This document shows positions 58,396-64,000 of a stretch of 64,000 bases of DNA, one piece after another. The translations under genes were made by a program, and so were the position numbers. The first letter of the stretch is position 1. Each line of letters begins with the position of its first letter. Where the stretch lies: NCBI GenBank assembly GCA_965248355.1, contig OZ252098.1, positions 3,424,001-3,488,000 on the forward strand. Direction: 5' to 3'. Source of the stretch: Candidatus Latescibacterota bacterium (lineage in GTDB: Bacteria; Latescibacterota; UBA2968; UBA8231). The notes beneath the pieces were generated by a model, which searched no databases, had not been told where the DNA came from, and was given only the letters and a program-made list of their open reading frames with translations.

Positions 58396-60453
58396 ATGAA
58401 GCGCACTTTTCTCCTCCTGCCGCTGCTGTCCGTCGCCATCGGCGCCGGACCGGTCGCGGCCGAAGATGTCTACGAGATGGAGGAGGTCATCGTCACCGGC
58501 TCCAAGCTGCCCCAGACGCCGGGGAACGTGACCCAGAAGATCTCCATCATCACCGTCGACGACATGGGCTCGCTGGTCCAGGGCAACGGCAACCTGGCGG
58601 AGCTCCTCTCGTACAGCCCGGGCAACTTCGCCAACGTCCTGTCCCGCAACGACGCCAACTGGGGCTCCTCCGGCGGCCTGGCCCACACCTACAAGGGCTA
58701 CATGCTCGACGGCCTGCCCATCGACGCTTTCGTCGATCTCCAGAGCCTCGACCCCTGGGCCTTCCAGCGCGTGGAGGACCAGCGCGGCTCCGCCTCCGTC
58801 CTCTATCCCACCTACCTGGCCATGGACTTCGCCGGCAACCAGTCGCCGCTGGCGGGCACGGCCAACTTCATCCTCAAGGAGCGGGTCCGCAGCACCCGCA
58901 CCCGCGCCTCGGTCTACGGCGGCTCCTACAGCACCGTGGGCGGGCGATTCTTCCACCAGCGCGCCGCCGGCAACCTGCACCTGTTCTTCGGCGGCCACCA
59001 CGAGGCCTCCGACTACACCTACTACGGCACCTTCGACGAGGACGGCAATAGAAACTCCTGGCTGAACATGCTCGAGGACGATTCCCCGAACTACGAGAAG
59101 ACCAAGATGTACATGCGGGGAACCTACTACCTCAACGACAGCGGCCAGCGGGTCTCCCTCTATGCCCACCGCACCTGGCACACCGGCGACGGCGGCCGCC
59201 CGAACCGGGACTTCGGCCACACCTACACCACCCTGAACGCCGGATACATCCACCCGGTCTCCGACAAGATCACCGCCCGCGCCAAGGTCGGCTACCGCGA
59301 CTACGTCCGTCGTTGGGAGGAAGACAACTTCGCTCGCGATTCGGTTGGGGTGGTCATCCCCGAGAGCCTCGCCCTGCGCTCCGAGGACGGCGTCGACCAG
59401 TCGGTGATGCCGGCCGATCTCTCCGTCTCCGTCATCACCCGCGAGTCGGACGTGCTCACCGTGGGCGCCGACTACCAACTCGCCTCGTACAAGAACACCT
59501 CGGAGGCGGGCGTTCTGAACACCAACAACGAGGGCACCGCCACCGGCCTGGGCCTCTACGCCCAGGAGGAGTTCCGGCTGAACAGCCTCACCCTGCGGGT
59601 CGGGGCACGCTTCACCAGCATCGCCCACGACATCGAGCTGTTGAGCGGCGCTCCTCCGGGAGAAGAGAGCAACTCCTGGAACAAGCTCCTCTCCAGCGCC
59701 GGGGCGCGCTACAACCACAGTGACGACCTGTCCGTTTACACCAATTTTGGCACCAGCTTCAAGGCTCCTTCCCAGAAGTCGGTGGGCGGCACCGTCCCCG
59801 TGGGTAGCACGGACAGCGGCCACCTGCCCAACCCGGACATCCTGCCGGAGTCGGGCACCAGCATCGACCTGGGGGTGAATTACCGGCCCATGGAGGACCT
59901 GCAGGTAGGCCTGCGGGGCTTCAACATCGTCATCGACGACCAGATCGTGCAGATAGAGGTAGAAGGCGCCCCCCAGTCGCAGGACATCAACGCTGGCAAC
60001 ACCGCCACGAACGGCGCCGAGTTGGAGGTCACCCACCGCCTTAGCGAGATGGTGGAGTGGTTCGCCAACTACACCTACACCAACGCCGAGGTGAAGGAGC
60101 ACGAGAACGAGGATCTGATCGGCGCCAAGATCAACTTCGTTCCCGAGAGGGTTATCGGCCTCGGCGTCCACCTGACCCTGGCCAAGGGCCTGCGGGCGAC
60201 GATCACGGCCCAGTCCTACAGCGGCATCTACTCGGATATCAGGAAGGATGATCCAAACAAGGACGATGACGACCCCCTCCCCGGGTACAACCTGGTGAAC
60301 GCCCGGGTCCAGTACGCCGTCAGCACCCAGGACGGGTACGATCTGACCCTCTTCCTCGAGCCCTACAACCTCACCAACCAGACCTTCGAGATGCCCTGGG
60401 GCTTCCAGGATCCCGGATTCTCGGCCAACGGCGGCCTGATGGTCAGCTTCTAG
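58396..60453 (+). CDS. TonB-dependent outer-membrane receptor
   Basis: GGAGG RBS; signal peptide; TonB box EEVIVTG; plug LDGLPI/RGSASVLY; NPDILPE, YNLTN; terminal Phe. Confidence 0.92.
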   Translation: MKRTFLLLPLLSVAIGAGPVAAEDVYEMEEVIVTGSKLPQTPGNVTQKISIITVDDMGSLVQGNGNLAELLSYSPGNFANVLSRNDANWGSSGGLAHTYKGYMLDGLPIDAFVDLQSLDPWAFQRVEDQRGSASVLYPTYLAMDFAGNQSPLAGTANFILKERVRSTRTRASVYGGSYSTVGGRFFHQRAAGNLHLFFGGHHEASDYTYYGTFDEDGNRNSWLNMLEDDSPNYEKTKMYMRGTYYLNDSGQRVSLYAHRTWHTGDGGRPNRDFGHTYTTLNAGYIHPVSDKITARAKVGYRDYVRRWEEDNFARDSVGVVIPESLALRSEDGVDQSVMPADLSVSVITRESDVLTVGADYQLASYKNTSEAGVLNTNNEGTATGLGLYAQEEFRLNSLTLRVGARFTSIAHDIELLSGAPPGEESNSWNKLLSSAGARYNHSDDLSVYTNFGTSFKAPSQKSVGGTVPVGSTDSGHLPNPDILPESGTSIDLGVNYRPMEDLQVGLRGFNIVIDDQIVQIEVEGAPQSQDINAGNTATNGAELEVTHRLSEMVEWFANYTYTNAEVKEHENEDLIGAKINFVPERVIGLGVHLTLAKGLRATITAQSYSGIYSDIRKDDPNKDDDDPLPGYNLVNARVQYAVSTQDGYDLTLFLEPYNLTNQTFEMPWGFQDPGFSANGGLMVSF

Positions 60454-60457
60454 GTTC

Positions 60458-61528
60458 ATGTCCGCCGAGGTTTGCGGCCCCGCGGCGCCCTCCCGACCGG
60501 GAGCGGCCGCCGCGGGGCGTTTGTTTTTTCTCTCCCTCCTCCTCTCCGGCGGCCCCGCGGCCGCCGAAGGGGTGGCGGCCACCGACTTCCGCGGCAAGCG
60601 CATCGAGCTGGACAAGCCGGCCGAGCGCATCATCTGCCTGCTGGAAAGCGCCCTCACCGGCCTCTACATGCTCGGCGCCGAGGACCGGCTCGTGGGCATC
60701 TCCACCAACGTCTACCAGGGCAGCGTCTTCCCCTACTACGCGGCCATGGACGAGCGCATCCGCGAGCGCACCCTGGCGACGCCGGGCAACTGGGACTTCG
60801 TCAACATCGAGAGCATGGTGGCCCTGCAGCCCGACCTCGTCATCGTCTGGTCGGGGCAGGAGGAGTCGATCGCCGCCCTCGAGGAGAAGGGGATCCCCGT
60901 CTTCGGGGTCTTCATCGAGCGCTTCGAGGACATCCACCGGGAGATCACCGCCCTCGGCGAGCTCACCGGCACCCGCGAGCGCGCCGCCGAGCTCGTGGCC
61001 ATCGCCGAACAGGAGCTGGAGACGGTGCGCAACAAGCTCGCCCCCGTGGAAGGCGAGGCGCCCGACCCGCCGCGGGTCTACTTCATGTGGGCCCAGGGGC
61101 CGCTGCAGACGGCCGGCCGCAACAGCACGGTGCAGGAGCTGATCGATCTGGCCGGAGGCACCAATGTGGCCGCCGGCAGCGAGCTGGAGGCCCTGCTGGT
61201 GAACCTGGAGCACGTCCTGGTCTGGAACCCGGAGCTGATCGTCATGTGGTGCAACGACCGCCTCGGGCCGGGGGACCTGGACGAGATGGCCGGCTGGCGC
61301 TCCGTGGCCGCCGTGCGCGGCGGGCGGGTGCACGAGCTGCCCGATCCCTTCTCCTGCGACTTCTGGACCCTCAAGTACATCTTCACCGTCGATCTCGTGG
61401 CCCGCTGGAGCCATCCGGACCGGTTCCCGCGGGACGACGCCGAGACCCTGCGCGCCAGCCTGCTCAACAAGCTCTACGGGGGGCGCCTCGGGGAGCTGCC
61501 CCCCCTGCCCGGTTCGGACGGCGGCTGA
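60458..61528 (+). CDS. Class III (cobalamin/siderophore-type) periplasmic binding protein
   Basis: TDFRGKRI...ERII, NIE.MVALQPDLVI, LAGG.N, AVRGGRVH. Confidence 0.88.
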   Translation: MSAEVCGPAAPSRPGAAAAGRLFFLSLLLSGGPAAAEGVAATDFRGKRIELDKPAERIICLLESALTGLYMLGAEDRLVGISTNVYQGSVFPYYAAMDERIRERTLATPGNWDFVNIESMVALQPDLVIVWSGQEESIAALEEKGIPVFGVFIERFEDIHREITALGELTGTRERAAELVAIAEQELETVRNKLAPVEGEAPDPPRVYFMWAQGPLQTAGRNSTVQELIDLAGGTNVAAGSELEALLVNLEHVLVWNPELIVMWCNDRLGPGDLDEMAGWRSVAAVRGGRVHELPDPFSCDFWTLKYIFTVDLVARWSHPDRFPRDDAETLRASLLNKLYGGRLGELPPLPGSDGG

Positions 61529-61538
61529 GCCGAGGCAG

Positions 61539-63062
61539 ATGGCGGCCCCAACCGCCGACAGTCTGATCCGGACGGTCGCCGGCCACGCCGGCGCGGTTCT
61601 GGAGCGGTGCGCCGACCGTTACAGCGGCCGCGGCACGCCGATGCTGGCCGACCACATCGACCTGTCGACGGGGGAGCCGGAGCGCTGGGAGGGCCGCACT
61701 CTGTCCAACCTCGCTCGGCAGCAGCACTTCCTGCGGGTCCTGGCGGGGCTGGAAACGCTGGGCGAGGGCCGCTTCGGGGACGCGGCGAAGACCTGGATCG
61801 AGCACGCCCTGGGGGCCGTGACCGACAAGGGCGGCCTGCTCTACTGGGGCGGCCACTCCACGTACGGCCTGAACGAGGACGCGCCGCTGCCGGGGAACCA
61901 CGAGCTGAAGTGCGTCTACCCCTTCTACGACTATCTCTACCAGGTCGACCCCGAGCGCACCCGCCGCTTCGTGGAGGCCTTCTGGCAGCGGCACGTGTGG
62001 GACTGGTCGACCCTGCTCTTCAACCGCCACGGCGACTACGGACCGTGGGACCGGTCGCGGGTCTGGGAAGAGGCGGAGTTTTCCGGCGGGCCGTTGCCGA
62101 TCGTCGAGCAGACCGCTCTCTCCTTCATCAACACCGGCAGCGACCTGATCTACGCGGCGGCGGAGCTGTTCCGGCTCCACGGGGAGGAGCGGGCCCTGCG
62201 CTGGGCCGCGAACCTGATCTCCCGCTACGACCAGGTGAGACACCCCCGGACCGGGCTGGGCGCCTACCAGTTCAACCACCGCGAGCCCTGCCGGGTGCGC
62301 GAGTCCTTCAAGCCGCCCCTGGGCGAGCGGCCCGACGTCAACGAGGCGACGGTGCTCACCTCGGGGACGATCACCACCCGGGGCCAGCGGGCGGCCCTCA
62401 CCTTCCTGAACCTGTACGAGGGCCTCGGCGAGGATCACGGGCGGCCGTTCCTCGACGTGGCCCTGCGGGACCTGCGGGCCCTGAGGGACTACAGCTGGGA
62501 CGCCGCTCTGGGCTGCTTCCACCCGGTCCTCTACGACGGACAGCGGCTCCGCGAGCAGGACGCCGAACAGCGGGGCTACTGCCCGCCGGCCAAGCTGCTC
62601 AGGGTGCGGGCCGACGGCGGCGCCCTGCTGACCTGGGCCCGGGCTTACCGCGTCTCGGGCGACGAGGACATGCTGGAGATGACCGCGGCCGTGGCCGGCG
62701 CCATGGGCTGGACCGGCAAAGGGGGCGCGGTCGCCGTGCCGGCGGCGGGGGAGCCGACCCCCGATCCCACCTCCGCCGTCTTCGGCCTGCTCGATCTGCA
62801 CGAGGCCACCGGGGAGCCAGCCTACCTCGAAGCCGCTGCCGCCCTGGGCCAGGCCCTTGCGGCGGAACGGACGCGGGACGGGATGCTTGCCGGCAATCCG
62901 GCCGCCGCCGGAGCCGCCAGCCAGGACAACGTCCTGGCCCTGGCGCTGCTGCACTGCGCCGCGGCCCGGGACGGGCGGCGGGGCCTGATGCCGCCCTACT
63001 ACCCGGGCGGCAATCCGTGGGACCCGAAGATCGTGGTGCGCACGGTTTTGGGTCGTGTCTGA
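61539..63062 (+). CDS. PL2-like (periplasmic pectate lyase-type) alpha/alpha-barrel protein
   Basis: SNLARQQHFLR, LYWGGH, HELKCVYPFY, FNRHG, FINTGSDL, TGLGAYQF. Confidence 0.7.
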   Translation: MAAPTADSLIRTVAGHAGAVLERCADRYSGRGTPMLADHIDLSTGEPERWEGRTLSNLARQQHFLRVLAGLETLGEGRFGDAAKTWIEHALGAVTDKGGLLYWGGHSTYGLNEDAPLPGNHELKCVYPFYDYLYQVDPERTRRFVEAFWQRHVWDWSTLLFNRHGDYGPWDRSRVWEEAEFSGGPLPIVEQTALSFINTGSDLIYAAAELFRLHGEERALRWAANLISRYDQVRHPRTGLGAYQFNHREPCRVRESFKPPLGERPDVNEATVLTSGTITTRGQRAALTFLNLYEGLGEDHGRPFLDVALRDLRALRDYSWDAALGCFHPVLYDGQRLREQDAEQRGYCPPAKLLRVRADGGALLTWARAYRVSGDEDMLEMTAAVAGAMGWTGKGGAVAVPAAGEPTPDPTSAVFGLLDLHEATGEPAYLEAAAALGQALAAERTRDGMLAGNPAAAGAASQDNVLALALLHCAAARDGRRGLMPPYYPGGNPWDPKIVVRTVLGRV

Positions 63063-64000
63063 CGGCCGCAGCGTCCTGCTGCTGATCGCCGACGACTGGA
63101 GCCCGCTGGCCGGCTGCTACGGCAGTCCCGTCATCCGCACTCCCCACGTGGACGCCCTGGCCGGCCGCGCCACGCGCTTCACCAACGCCTTCTGCACCTC
63201 GCCGTCGTGCGCGGCCAGCCGCGCCAACATCCTCACCGGCCACTACAGCCACACCCACGGCCAGTACGGGCATTCGCACGCGGTGCACAACTTCCACACC
63301 GCCGCCTCCATGCCGTCGATCCCGAAGCGGCTCGGCGCGGCCGGATACGCCACCGGCATCATCGGCAAGCTGCACACCCAGCCGGCGAGCGTGTACCCCT
63401 GGACCCACGACCTGCAGCAAGTGCCCGGCGGAGGGCGCAACGTCACCGCCATGGCGGACCAGGCCGCCGGCTTCCTGGCCGACATCGGGCGGCAGCCCTT
63501 CTACCTGCACATGGGCTTCGCCGATCCGCACCGCGACTTCGGCAACCGCCGGAGCTACGAAGGCGTCGAGGAGACCCGCTACGATCCGGCGGAGGTGCCG
63601 GTCCCCGACTTCCTGCCCGATCACCCGGAGGTGCGGGCCGAGCTGGCCGAGTACTACCAGGCGATCTCGCGGCTGGATTTCGGCTTCGGGCTGGCGATGC
63701 AGGCCCTGGAGGCGGCCGGCCGCGCCGACGAGACGATGGTCATCGTCATGAGCGACCACGGCATGCCCTTCCCCGGCGCCAAGGCCTCCTCCTTCGACTC
63801 CGGCCACCACGGCCCGCTGCTGATCGCGCGCCCAGGGGCCCGGCCGGTCGAGTGCGACGCCCTCGTCAACTGGTCCAGCATCGCCCCTACCGTCTTCGAC
63901 TGGTGCGGGGTGGAGCCTCCCGGCGGCCTGCCGAAGCGCTCGCTGATGCCGATCCTCGACCAGGGGCACCCGCCGGGATGGGATGAGACGTTCTTCTCCC
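63055..64000 (+). CDS. Formylglycine-type sulfatase (sulfamidase-like), partial
   Basis: GTG start overlapping the previous stop; LLIADD, TPHVD, CAASRANILTG (CxxxR), GKLH, SDHG.PFPGAK; missing from the ORF track because it has no stop in the window. Confidence 0.9.
   Translation, partial: MSDGRSVLLLIADDWSPLAGCYGSPVIRTPHVDALAGRATRFTNAFCTSPSCAASRANILTGHYSHTHGQYGHSHAVHNFHTAASMPSIPKRLGAAGYATGIIGKLHTQPASVYPWTHDLQQVPGGGRNVTAMADQAAGFLADIGRQPFYLHMGFADPHRDFGNRRSYEGVEETRYDPAEVPVPDFLPDHPEVRAELAEYYQAISRLDFGFGLAMQALEAAGRADETMVIVMSDHGMPFPGAKASSFDSGHHGPLLIARPGARPVECDALVNWSSIAPTVFDWCGVEPPGGLPKRSLMPILDQGHPPGWDETFFS

Overview
High-GC bacterial chromosomal window, densely coding with about 46 genes. I see no rRNA, tRNA, CRISPR array, transposase, integrase or reverse transcriptase. 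Gene content includes a TonB receptor, a C25/PorU-like protein, a secreted protein with a 'SAVEPSSWARIK' tail, and many glycan-active enzymes (sialidase-like, heparinase II/III-like, PL2-like lyase, sulfatase, GH32-like). This suggests a diderm of the Latescibacterota/Gemmatimonadota/Poribacteria type, which is inference only. Most notable: (1) an EndoQ-like PHP nuclease fused to a UvrD helicase, with two candidate beta-clamp-binding motifs; (2) an array of four MacB/FtsX-type permeases with one ATPase and a CBM9-like protein, behind a sigma54 promoter and a palindromic enhancer-like site; (3) an accessory segment with an AbiE toxin-antitoxin pair whose toxin has a K->Q change in a conserved motif, a deletion-riddled serine-hydrolase pseudogene, and two tandem GT-C/TPR paralogues; (4) a C25 gingipain/PorU-like protein with a T9SS-like C-terminal domain; (5) a GH32 lacking the canonical catalytic EC glutamate, heading a dehydrogenase/aminotransferase operon. 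Three genes appear to lack a single base (~15914, ~35276, ~39210), which may be assembly error. All functional calls come from motif recognition, not database searches.
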